Shown here: in pieces, positions 47,635 through 56,333 of the stretch
Numbering within the stretch: position 1 is the first letter of the stretch
How the letters are laid out: each line of letters starts with the position of its first letter
Origin: Acidobacteriota bacterium
GTDB lineage: Bacteria; Acidobacteriota; UBA6911; RPQK01; JAJDTT01
DNA: 64,000 nt
Direction: 5' to 3'
Assembly (NCBI GenBank): GCA_965209055.1
Contig: OZ242374.1
Coordinates: 3,840,001 to 3,904,000, forward strand
Position numbers and translations under genes: made by a program
The notes under the pieces: model-generated
The model's database searches: none
Seen by the model: the letters and a program-made list of their open reading frames with translations, nothing else
What the model was told of the DNA's origin: nothing

Positions 47635-48465
47635 TCAACCGACACGCAGCACGAGGAACTCGTAGCCGTAGAACTCCGAGTAGGCATGCCAGATGTCTAT
47701 TTCGTGTTGGCACAGGTCCGCCAGCTCTTGTGCATCCGGCGCGTCGCGATGACGCTTGCGGAATGCAGTTACGTTGTCTTGCAGAGGCCGATAGTAGTCG
47801 TCCCACCACGCCGATGCGGGGAGCGGAAAGTGCCCCACGGCCTCGTAGCCGCATGCCTCGACGGCTTCCAGGAGTGCGGAGATTTCTCGGATCGCCGGGT
47901 ACTCCCGCTTCCAGAACGCGACGCATTCGGCGGGCGGTTGGGGCTTCCGCCAGCACACCTCGGTCAGCGCGACGTGCCCGTTGGGCCGCACCAGCCGGCG
48001 CCAGGCGCGCAGACCCGCTTCGACGCCCATGATGTTGATGGCGCCTTCGCACCAGATCAGGTCGAACGAACCGTCGGCAAAGTCGAGTCGGTACATGTCC
48101 GCCACGCGGGCATCCAGTCGATCCGCGATGCCCAGTTCATTGGCCTTTCTGTTCAATGCGTCGATGAACGGGGGGTGGTTGTCGACGGCGACGATGCGCA
48201 ACGGTGAACTCTCCGCCAGCACCAGAGTCTGGGCGCCGGTCCCGGAGCCGATGTCGAGCACGCGCGTCCGCGGCCCGACGCCTGGCACGAGCCCGAGGGC
48301 CCGACGCGTGCTCGCTGTGTTTCCCGGTCCCTGCCGGGGCAACCCACTGAACAACTCGAAGAACAGCGCGGTGGCTCGATCCGGCGGCGTGGCCGCTCCT
48401 GTCGATTGTGTTCGAGACGGGCGGACCGAGGCGGAAGCGGCGGCGGTTCTGGCTGCAACATCCAT
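47635..48465 (-). CDS. Class I SAM-dependent methyltransferase
   Basis: LPRQGPG, VLDIGSGTG, FDLIWCEGA; start placed at ATG 48465. Confidence 0.92.
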   Translation of the reverse strand: MDVAARTAAASASVRPSRTQSTGAATPPDRATALFFELFSGLPRQGPGNTASTRRALGLVPGVGPRTRVLDIGSGTGAQTLVLAESSPLRIVAVDNHPPFIDALNRKANELGIADRLDARVADMYRLDFADGSFDLIWCEGAINIMGVEAGLRAWRRLVRPNGHVALTEVCWRKPQPPAECVAFWKREYPAIREISALLEAVEACGYEAVGHFPLPASAWWDDYYRPLQDNVTAFRKRHRDAPDAQELADLCQHEIDIWHAYSEFYGYEFLVLRVG

Positions 48466-48490
48466 TCCCTCATTATCGTGCAATGAAAAG

Positions 48491-48512
48491 AAAGGGACAG
48501 TTCCATTCTCCG
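48491..48512 (+). repeat. 22-bp palindromic module-boundary site S2
   Basis: AAAGGGACAGTTCCATTCTCCG. Confidence 0.75.
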
Positions 48513-48621
48513 CGGAGCTTGTGCTGCAGGTATAAGGCATCGATGAGCGAAGGGAGTGTGCGGTCCATGCGAATCCACTGCCGGATTCAAATTCGGGGGG
48601 CCCCTGGAGCCGGTGTATTAT

Positions 48622-48644
48622 GTGACTATGGTCGTGACTATGGT
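48622..48644 (+). promoter_or_regulatory. Putative TA operator (tandem GTGACTATGGT x2)
   Basis: 11-bp direct repeat at 48622-48632 and 48634-48644, upstream of the antitoxin gene. Confidence 0.55.
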
Positions 48645-48679
48645 TATGTCCTGGACTGCACGAGGAAGGGTGTGAAGCC

Positions 48680-48964
48680 ATGACAGTTACCGAACGAGGC
48701 GGAGCGAGTGAATCCCGCACCATCAAGGCGTCCGAGTTCAAGGCAAAGTGCCTCAGGCTGATGGACGAAGTGGCAGAGAGCGGAGAAGAGATCGTGATCA
48801 CCAAAAACGGCCGCCCAACCGCGCGCCTCCTGCCCTACCGCAAGCGGTTCGGGGATTGGTTCGGGGCCGATCGAGACAGGATCGAAATCATCGGCGACAT
48901 CATCTCCCCGATCAACCTGGAGTGGGAAGCCGAGGTGAACCCCGACCGGATGGCCAATCCGTGA
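48680..48964 (+). CDS. Phd/YefM-family antitoxin
   Basis: IKASEFKAKCLRLMDEV..GEEIVITKNGRPTARL. Confidence 0.93.
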   Translation: MTVTERGGASESRTIKASEFKAKCLRLMDEVAESGEEIVITKNGRPTARLLPYRKRFGDWFGADRDRIEIIGDIISPINLEWEAEVNPDRMANP

Positions 48965-49359
48965 TACTGGTGGACACGCACGTACTGTTGTGGTCGAGAC
49001 TTGGCGGACGGCAAATCGGGCCTCGTTCCAGACGGCTGATGGAACGGGGACTACGGGAAGCCGCGCTGGCGGCGTCGGCGTTTTCGTTCTGGGAGGTGGC
49101 TCTGTTGCACGCGAAGGGGCGCATCCGCCTGCTGGAGGACATCAGAAACTGGAGAACCCGGCTTCTCCAGGATGGTCTCGTCGAGATTCCGGTAGACGGC
49201 GACATTGCCATCCGCGCCAACAGCCTGGAGAACTTCCAGGGGGATCCAGCCGACCGCATCATCGTCGCGACTGCCCTGGGGGGGCACAGTCTGCTCACGG
49301 CCGATGAGCGCATCCTGAACTGGAGCGGCCACCTTCGCCGCGACGACGCGAGAGCGTAA
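48961..49359 (+). CDS. vapC: PIN-domain toxin VapC
   Basis: GTG start overlapping the antitoxin stop; ILVDTHVLLW, SFWEV, GDPADRIIVATA, LLTAD. Confidence 0.93.
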   Translation: MILVDTHVLLWSRLGGRQIGPRSRRLMERGLREAALAASAFSFWEVALLHAKGRIRLLEDIRNWRTRLLQDGLVEIPVDGDIAIRANSLENFQGDPADRIIVATALGGHSLLTADERILNWSGHLRRDDARA

Positions 49360-49381
49360 TAAGGGAAAGATCCATTTTCTG
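49360..49381 (+). repeat. 22-bp module-boundary site S3
   Basis: TAAGGGAAAGATCCATTTTCTG; 17/22 to S2; begins at the base after the vapC stop codon. Confidence 0.6.
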
Positions 49382-49440
49382 CCTGTATCTTGGGTATTGA
49401 AGTTTCAGCCTGAGATTCGATCGATCACGAAAGGGACGCC

Positions 49441-50676
49441 ATGACCTGGAAGAATTTCTCCCGTCGGCAATTCGCGAAACGCTTGACCGTTTTGGGAGCG
49501 CTGCCGCTGAGCGCCCGCCGCCTGTCGGCGGTTCCGGAAGTGGCTCCTTTGAAACCTCCTGCTCCTCCTGAAGTCAAGTCCTACCCGGGAATCCTCAGGC
49601 ACAGAGTGGTCTTTTGGGACCCTTACGGGTACTCGGCCTGGCCGACCATCCTGAAGTGCCGGGACGGGGAAATGCTGATCGCGTTCTGCGAAGCCATGCG
49701 CCGGAACGCCCGATTGACCCACGCGGATCCCTCGTTGTACGGCATGATCATCCGCTCCGGCGATCAGGGAGAAACTTGGTCTGAGCACCCCGAAGTCATC
49801 GGCGGCTACGAGCACTACGGAATGGATGATCCGGGCATCATGCAGTTGTCCGACGGAAGGATCCTGGTCAACGCCTTCCGCCGTTCCTTTGCCCCGGCGG
49901 CCTCGGTAGACAGCAGAACGGATGTTCGCTTGACTCGGGTGGAGCCATATCAGTGGGCGACCGGCTACAGCGACGAGATGACCTATGTCTTCCACTCGTT
50001 GGACAATGCCCGCACCTGGTTGGAGCCGGTCCACGTGGACGTCTCTCCCTTCAAATCAGGATGTCAGCTCCGGGCGATCGTCGAACTGCCGGACGGAATT
50101 CTGCTTCTGCCGTGCTACGAGGAGTTCGGTCACCCATCGACTTCGAAACTGGCGATGACCTGGACCGCCTATGTCCTGCGATCTCGTGATCGGGGGAGGA
50201 GTTGGGGCGAGCCGTCCGTGATTGGGGAACAGGGGGTTCACGGCATCGGCTACAACGAGCCGGCCCTGATTCACCTGCCCAGCGGCCGGATGATCGCTCT
50301 TCTCAGAACGGGGCCGGCCGGATGGCTCTACCAGAGCGATTCGGACGATCGGGGACGAACCTGGAGCACACCGGCCAAGACCCCGATGTGGGGGTATCCG
50401 GCCCATCTCCGGCAGCTCCGGGATGGGAGGCTTCTGGCCACCTACGGCCACCGGCGAAAGCCCTTCGGAATCCGGGCCTGTCTGAGTTCGGATGAGGGTA
50501 GAAGCTGGGACATCGAGAGAGAGATCGTGCTCCGGGATGATCTCAGGAACCGGGATCTGGGGTATCCGACCACCACAGAGTCGGATGACGGCACCCTGCT
50601 GACCGCCTACTACGGAAGGGACGAGAACAACGACGTGACCTGCATTCAGATCACGTCCTGGAAAGTAGCCTCTTGA
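49441..50676 (+). CDS. Tat-exported sialidase/BNR-repeat protein
   Basis: SRRQF Tat motif; Asp-boxes SGDQGETW, SLDNARTW, SRDRGRSW, SDDRGRTW, SSDEGRSW. Confidence 0.88.
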   Translation: MTWKNFSRRQFAKRLTVLGALPLSARRLSAVPEVAPLKPPAPPEVKSYPGILRHRVVFWDPYGYSAWPTILKCRDGEMLIAFCEAMRRNARLTHADPSLYGMIIRSGDQGETWSEHPEVIGGYEHYGMDDPGIMQLSDGRILVNAFRRSFAPAASVDSRTDVRLTRVEPYQWATGYSDEMTYVFHSLDNARTWLEPVHVDVSPFKSGCQLRAIVELPDGILLLPCYEEFGHPSTSKLAMTWTAYVLRSRDRGRSWGEPSVIGEQGVHGIGYNEPALIHLPSGRMIALLRTGPAGWLYQSDSDDRGRTWSTPAKTPMWGYPAHLRQLRDGRLLATYGHRRKPFGIRACLSSDEGRSWDIEREIVLRDDLRNRDLGYPTTTESDDGTLLTAYYGRDENNDVTCIQITSWKVAS

Positions 50677-52019
50677 CGGAGATATTGCGGAGGGATCTGG
50701 GCGAAGGGCTGACCCTGAGGCAGGCCACCGCGGAGGATACTGACGCCGCTGCGGAGTTCCAGGCCCAGGTCCACCTTCCCCACACGTTTGCCGAGTCATT
50801 CAGAATCTGGACCCGGGACCTGATGAGCGGAGCCCTCCCGGGATTCCAGCCCGGCGACTTCACCGTGGTGGAAGACACGAGGTCCGGGGCCATCGTGTCG
50901 ATGCTGAACCTGATTCCGCAAACCTGGTCCTATGGCGGCATGGAAATAGGGGTTGGCCGTATCGAGCTAGTGTCCACGCATCCCGACTATCGAAGGCGCG
51001 GTCTGGTGCGGGCTCAGATGGACGCGGTCTATGAGATGAGTGCGGGGCGCGGCGAGAAGATGCAGGTGATCAGCGGCATCCCCTGGTTCTATCGCCAGTT
51101 CGGCTACGAGATGGCGCTGGAGTTCGGGATGGGGTACTCGTGCCCCGTCTCCAATTGGCCCGCACTCGGCGATGCCGTCCGGGAGCCTTGCACGGTACGC
51201 CCCGCGGCCGAAGGGGACCTGCCATTCATGGCCCGCTTGTACGACGCGGCCATGGGGCGCTACCTGGTCTCTTGCGTCCGCGGCGAGAGGCTGTGGAGGT
51301 ACGAGCTGAACGGGCGGAGCGGGAACACCTATTCCGAGTTGGAGATTTGCGTCGTGGAAGCCGCGACCGGTGAGCCGGTGGGACTCATTGTGCACATCCG
51401 GGGTCTTTGGGACGGTGAACCCTGCGTTATTCTCTACGAGTTGAAGGAAGGCGTCTCCTGGCGCGAGGTCACTCCCGGCGTCGTGAGGCATCTCTGGAGG
51501 ATGGGCGAGGCGTACAGCGCGCGGCAGGCTCGACGCGCGTTTCGAAACGTGGCGTTCGAGCTGGGTACGGAACACCCGGCGTATGAGGTGATGCACGACC
51601 GGTCGCCGCGTATGAAGCGGATACGCGCATGGTATGTCCGGGTGCCCGACATTGCCGGATTCCTGCGGCACGTCATGCCGGTCTTGGAACGGCGGTTGGC
51701 GGATTCGGCGGCGGCGGGTTACGGCGGCCGGCTCACGATCGGCTTCGTCGATCACGGAGTGGACCTGTTGTTCGACAACGGGCGTGTGGCAGAGGTCGAG
51801 AGATTGGCCCGGCCGCGGAAGGGCGGCAACTGGCTGAATTCCGGGACCTGCGACGCCTTCTTCCCCGGGCTGGTTTTCTTGCAGTTGCTCTTCGGGTTCC
51901 GCGCCGCGGATGAACTCCAGTACGCCATTCCCGACTGCGATATCGGGTCCCCGGAGACGCGCAGTTTGCTCAATGCCTTGTTTCCCAAACTGCCGTCGCA
52001 CGTCTGGGGTGTCTGGTGA
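50673..52019 (+). CDS. GNAT-family N-acetyltransferase (Eis-like architecture)
   Basis: VSTHPDYRRRGLVR acetyl-CoA motif; GIPWFYRQFGYE. Confidence 0.85.
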   Translation: MTEILRRDLGEGLTLRQATAEDTDAAAEFQAQVHLPHTFAESFRIWTRDLMSGALPGFQPGDFTVVEDTRSGAIVSMLNLIPQTWSYGGMEIGVGRIELVSTHPDYRRRGLVRAQMDAVYEMSAGRGEKMQVISGIPWFYRQFGYEMALEFGMGYSCPVSNWPALGDAVREPCTVRPAAEGDLPFMARLYDAAMGRYLVSCVRGERLWRYELNGRSGNTYSELEICVVEAATGEPVGLIVHIRGLWDGEPCVILYELKEGVSWREVTPGVVRHLWRMGEAYSARQARRAFRNVAFELGTEHPAYEVMHDRSPRMKRIRAWYVRVPDIAGFLRHVMPVLERRLADSAAAGYGGRLTIGFVDHGVDLLFDNGRVAEVERLARPRKGGNWLNSGTCDAFFPGLVFLQLLFGFRAADELQYAIPDCDIGSPETRSLLNALFPKLPSHVWGVW

Positions 52020-52198
52020 GTATGGACCCAATTGTCAGTTTTCCGCCTCGCCGCTGGAGCGGCGTATATTGGAGATCCGTCACCCGTGAAAACGTGCGAA
52101 ACTTTCGCCTTTTTCGGAGTACTTCCGTTAGTTTGAGTTAACGGGCATTACCCCGAGGGGGAGCTGGTCGAGCTTGGATTCCCCCGCCATGGAGTGTG

Positions 52199-52237
52199 AA
52201 TATCCACTTGCAACACTACATGTTGCAAGTGGATATT
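52199..52237. promoter_or_regulatory. Perfect 17-bp inverted repeat, putative HigA operator/promoter
   Basis: AATATCCACTTGCAACA-CTACA-TGTTGCAAGTGGATATT, 9 nt upstream of the higA ATG. Confidence 0.7.
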
Positions 52238-52246
52238 ATTTCAGTC

Positions 52247-52516
52247 ATGCCCATGTACGACCCGCCACACCCAGGCGAGATGATCCGAAACATTCTGGAA
52301 GACAGAGAGGTTGGCTGGACTGTAACGGAGTGTGCCCGGCGGCTCGACGTAGCGCGGAACACATTATCACGGTTGCTCAATGGCCGTATCGGAATCTCGC
52401 CAAGAATGGCGTTGGCATTGGAAAGAATCGGTTGGAGCAACGCGGATCACTGGATGCGGCTTCAAGCGGCCTACGACTTGGCGCAAGAGAGGCGCAAGAA
52501 TGCAGATCCCGCGTGA
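52247..52516 (+). CDS. higA: HigA-family antitoxin (no cognate toxin)
   Basis: MYDPPHPGE..TLSRLLNGRIGISPRMALAL..WMRLQAAYDL. Confidence 0.92.
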   Translation: MPMYDPPHPGEMIRNILEDREVGWTVTECARRLDVARNTLSRLLNGRIGISPRMALALERIGWSNADHWMRLQAAYDLAQERRKNADPA

Positions 52517-52702
52517 GATGGAGCCTACCGAAGGGGAATCAGGAGCTGGCTACAGGGTGCTGTTCTGGCTGGCCAATTTCTGGACGAGTTCCCCGACATC
52601 ATGCCCACCAACCAGGGCATCGCGGCACGGAGCCATTACTCCGCCGCACCGGTCCGCCGCCATGCTGTTGTCTTGAACCGTCCTTTTCCTCAAGGATCGT
52701 GA

Positions 52703-53707
52703 TCAGCCGCAGTAGGCGCTCCCGGCATCATGGTGTGCGGCGAGTGAAGCGCACATGCAGGCTAGCCGGCGGCGCAGGGTGGCCGGTTTCTCCACCGTGA
52801 CGCTGTCGCCCCAAGTGAAGAGATGCCAGCACATCTCGTCGAGGCCACCGGCCTCGAAACGCACCGTGAGCGAGCCGTCAGGGTTCTTGGTGAGGGACTG
52901 GCCGGGATGGAACAGGAACGTGCCTGCATCGCCGGCTACACCGGCCTCGAATCGCAGGACCGTCTCGACCCGTGGTTCCTGGAACACACCAAATGAACGC
53001 TCCGCGAAGCGCTGCAGATCGAACGCCGGGTCGCGCTCGAACGTTTCGTTGGAAGCGCAGGCCTCACTTATGTTCACGAGCCGCCAAAGCCGCATACCGT
53101 CCGCCCATTTTGTCCGCGCGACCAGGAATGCCCGGTTTCCGTAGAGTACGCCGTAGGGCTGGACGCGCTGCGAGCTGCGCCGCCCCGTTGACCGGGAGAT
53201 GTACTCAAAATCCACCGTGCGTCTCGTCGTGATGGCATCCCGCAGCAAAGAGAGCAGGCCTTTTTCGAGCTGCTGTCTGGGCCCCGGGCGCATGGCGAGC
53301 CCCTCAACCTGCATGAGAGCCCCCAGAATGGCATCGGACTCCCCCTCAGCGGCGGGACGCCGCAGGGCGCGGAGCTTGCCCGCCAGTTCCTGGAGCACGA
53401 TGGCCCGTTCGGCCGGACCGGTCCGGTCCAAACTCTTGGCGGCAGACTCAACTTCCGCCAACTCCTCGGGGTTGATTCGGATAAACGGACGGACGGCGGC
53501 AGATCGGAGCTGCCAGTGGTGCCGCCTGTCGTCACGGTCCACCCTCTGTAGCGGACCAAAAGCTGCCTCGACTGCATCGCGCATCCGTTCCGCCGTACGG
53601 CGGCTGACGCCGAACTCCTCGCAGATATCGTCCAGCGTCAATCCGCTCAACGTTCCCTGGAGCCGAATCGCCAAGCGCACGATGTCAGTAACCCGTTGGT
53701 AGCGCAT
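52703..53707 (-). CDS. HTH-WYL-WCX transcriptional regulator
   Basis: N-terminal wHTH (FGVSRRTAERMRDAV); WYL core VQPYGVLYGNRAFLVA..LWRLVNI; FDLQRFAERSFGVF; WCX tail. Confidence 0.92.
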   Translation of the reverse strand: MRYQRVTDIVRLAIRLQGTLSGLTLDDICEEFGVSRRTAERMRDAVEAAFGPLQRVDRDDRRHHWQLRSAAVRPFIRINPEELAEVESAAKSLDRTGPAERAIVLQELAGKLRALRRPAAEGESDAILGALMQVEGLAMRPGPRQQLEKGLLSLLRDAITTRRTVDFEYISRSTGRRSSQRVQPYGVLYGNRAFLVARTKWADGMRLWRLVNISEACASNETFERDPAFDLQRFAERSFGVFQEPRVETVLRFEAGVAGDAGTFLFHPGQSLTKNPDGSLTVRFEAGGLDEMCWHLFTWGDSVTVEKPATLRRRLACMCASLAAHHDAGSAYCG

Positions 53708-53805
53708 TCCGTCATTTCCTCCCAGGTCGCTGCTTGATTATGGCACCTGCGCCGGAATGCCGGCTTGTATTCGGGAAGCGAATTTTTTTCAGTATTGCCT
53801 AATTG

Positions 53806-53839
53806 TACGTCCGGATCTGACGTATTAGCCTGCTAAGCT
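53806..53839 (+). promoter_or_regulatory. Putative WYL-regulator site plus extended -10
   Basis: TACGTC-N7-GACGTA (53806-53824), 9 nt upstream of TAAGCT (53834-53839), which is preceded by TGn. Confidence 0.55.
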
Positions 53840-53872
53840 CCCTTTACACGACATTTTATGGGGGTGAAAACG

Positions 53873-55948
53873 ATGCTGAACGCGTACGAACGGCGCCTGA
53901 TTCTGTCCTATCTCTCGAACTTGGCCTCGCGCCTGCATCACCATCGCCCGGAAGCGCGGGCAGTGGCCGAGTGGGTCGCCGAGGGAGGCGGCCATCTGAT
54001 GGTGGCGGATTGTTCTGCGGGACTCCTTGAGAAAAAAATTTCCGCCTACTCCCGCGGAGAATTGTCCGCAGCTCGATGGCAGCAACTACAGGTCATCTTC
54101 AAGAGTGAGCAGGCTGCGGCGAAACGCGTTCGCGCCGACCGGACGGCGCTCCGAATACGGCGTCTGGGGCGCGAGATGCAGCTTTCTCGAACGGACGTTG
54201 CGATCCTCGAGCTTCTGCTGCGCTACCACACGAAGCCGGCCATCGAGTCGATCCTCGACGATGTTTTCAGGGGGGGCTCCGGAAGGTTCGTGCGTGTCCT
54301 CGACGTCAAGAACCGCACGGTTCCGGACCTGCTCGGCTTGACGGTTGGCTCGTGTTTCTCCCGCTTTGCACCTCAAGCGCCGCTGGTGCGGTCGGGGCTT
54401 GTGTCCATCGACGACGATGGGGAAATCAAACCCATCGACCGATTGAAGAGGCTCGTACATACCCCGGGAAACCGCGTCATCGATGCGCGGAGCCTGCTGT
54501 TCGACGTGGCGCCCTCGGGAGAACTCGAATGGTCCGACTTCGAGCATGTCGCTGAAGACCGCGACCACGTCGAAAGCCTGATCAAGGGCGCGCTGCAGGC
54601 CCGGGAAAAAGGCGTCAACATCTTGATTTACGGTTCTCCCGGGACCGGAAAAACCGAGTTCTGCAGAACCCTGGCCCGTCGGCTGACGGTGAAGCTCTAC
54701 AGCATCGGCGAAGCGGACGAGTGGGGTCACGAGCCCACTCGTTCCGAAAGGCTTCAGGAACTCCGGCTCGCGCAGCGGATGCTGGGCAGCGGCCGGGATT
54801 CGATTCTGTTGTTCGACGAAATGGAAGATCTGCTTCGGGACCCGGCTGCCAGGAGCATGCCGTTTTTCGGACAGGCGGCCCGCAGTCGGTTTCGGGCAGG
54901 TGGTTCGAAGGTGTTCATGAACCGGCTGCTGGAAGAGAACGCGGTGCCTACATTGTGGACATCGAATTCCGCCCGGCAGACCTGTCCCGCGCTGTTGCGC
55001 CGCATGATGTTCGCCTTGGAACTGCGCCAACCCTCGGCTCAGGTCCGGACGCGTGTCTGGGCCCGGCAGCTCGCCGGCCACGGTATCGAAGCGAGCGTGG
55101 AGGAGGCAGGCTCGCTGGCCAGGGAGTACGACGTGACGCCCGGCGTGGCGGCCGGCGTGACTGCTGCCGCCCGACTCGTGGAGGGAGGGGATATTTCTAC
55201 GGTTCGGTGCGGTGTACGCAGCCTGTCGCGGCTATTGTCGGGCGAAACCCCTCCTCAACGGACGCCCTCCAGATTCGATCCCTCCCTGATTCGCGCCGAC
55301 ATCGATCCGGCGGTCCTTGGCGATCGCTTGGCCGCGCTCGGCCCGGGGCGTGTTTCGCTTTGTCTGAGTGGGCCGCCCGGCACCGGGAAAAGCGCCTGCG
55401 TCCGCTATTTGGCCGAGCAGATGGGATTTCCGGTCGTACAGAAACGCGCCTCCGACCTGATGTCCAAGTGGGTGGGAGAAACCGAGCAGCGCATCGCCGC
55501 CGCCTTCGCCGAGGCGCGAAACGCAAAACAAGTCCTCGTCTTCGACGAAGCCGACTCGTTGCTCGCCGACCGGAGGCGGGCCCAGCGGTCATGGGAGGTG
55601 AGTCAAGTCAACGAAATGCTGACCTGGATGGAAGGTCATCCCCTGCCATTCGCCTGCACCACCAACTTGAGCGAGCGCCTTGACCCTGCGACCTTGCGGC
55701 GTTTCGACTTCAAGATCACGCTTGGTTACCTTGCGCCCAGGCAGGTGATGGCGGCTTTCCGCACCTTCTTTGGCCTCACGCCCCCGCCGGGAATCACGGA
55801 TCTCGCCAACCTCACGCCGGGAGATTTTGTCGTGGTTCGCCGGAGGGCCGAGATCCTCGACAAGCTGAGAGATCCGGAGGCTCTCGCCGCCATGCTGCGG
55901 GAGGAATGCGAAGCCAAACCGGATCGTCCGACGGCGATTGGCTTCTGA
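53873..55948 (+). CDS. Tandem (two-module) AAA+ ATPase
   Basis: Walker A GSPGTGKT and GPPGTGKS; Walker B LLFDEMED and LVFDEADS; TTN..LDPATLRRF; C-terminal AIGF. Confidence 0.93.
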   Translation: MLNAYERRLILSYLSNLASRLHHHRPEARAVAEWVAEGGGHLMVADCSAGLLEKKISAYSRGELSAARWQQLQVIFKSEQAAAKRVRADRTALRIRRLGREMQLSRTDVAILELLLRYHTKPAIESILDDVFRGGSGRFVRVLDVKNRTVPDLLGLTVGSCFSRFAPQAPLVRSGLVSIDDDGEIKPIDRLKRLVHTPGNRVIDARSLLFDVAPSGELEWSDFEHVAEDRDHVESLIKGALQAREKGVNILIYGSPGTGKTEFCRTLARRLTVKLYSIGEADEWGHEPTRSERLQELRLAQRMLGSGRDSILLFDEMEDLLRDPAARSMPFFGQAARSRFRAGGSKVFMNRLLEENAVPTLWTSNSARQTCPALLRRMMFALELRQPSAQVRTRVWARQLAGHGIEASVEEAGSLAREYDVTPGVAAGVTAAARLVEGGDISTVRCGVRSLSRLLSGETPPQRTPSRFDPSLIRADIDPAVLGDRLAALGPGRVSLCLSGPPGTGKSACVRYLAEQMGFPVVQKRASDLMSKWVGETEQRIAAAFAEARNAKQVLVFDEADSLLADRRRAQRSWEVSQVNEMLTWMEGHPLPFACTTNLSERLDPATLRRFDFKITLGYLAPRQVMAAFRTFFGLTPPPGITDLANLTPGDFVVVRRRAEILDKLRDPEALAAMLREECEAKPDRPTAIGF

Positions 55949-56333
55949 GGCCATGCGGTTGCGCCTCTGCACATGGGGCAAGGGGAAACAATGACGGTGG
56001 CGTGGTGGCAGACTGACTGGATGGTTTTCGGGAAGCACGGCAAACTGGACATGTCCGGAACCATCCGGAACCTGAAGCAGGTCGGGAAGGTCGTGAGAGA
56101 CGCTATGCCGTCAAGTTAATGAGGACATCCACTCTTCGGTGGTGCCTAGGCGACGTTCGCGGCGGCAGGATCCGCCCATTCACCGGCGGACCAAACCGAC
56201 GCTGAGAATACCGGGGGAAGGCAGAGCGGCCCGCGCCTTCGGCGAGCTTCAAAATATTGAAATCTCCTTGGTCCGTCGTTGATGCGCTTCCAGCGCGTTT
56301 CGCTGGCGCCTGGTAGACCACGCGCGTCCAAGC

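Noticed and set aside
48466-48804. N-terminal extension of the methyltransferase in the ORF track
   Set aside because: It overlaps the antitoxin gene, its operator and site S2; the family motifs begin after 48465
47537-49381. CRISPR array or classical integron attC interpretation of the repeats
   Set aside because: Spacing is ~900 bp with whole genes between the repeats. There are no cas or intI genes and no attC R-box consensus.
53873-55948. Calling the ATPase FtsH, ClpA/B or IetA of an IetAS system
   Set aside because: It has no TM/M41 protease domain, no Clp N-domain or Clp-specific motifs, and no adjacent S8 protease
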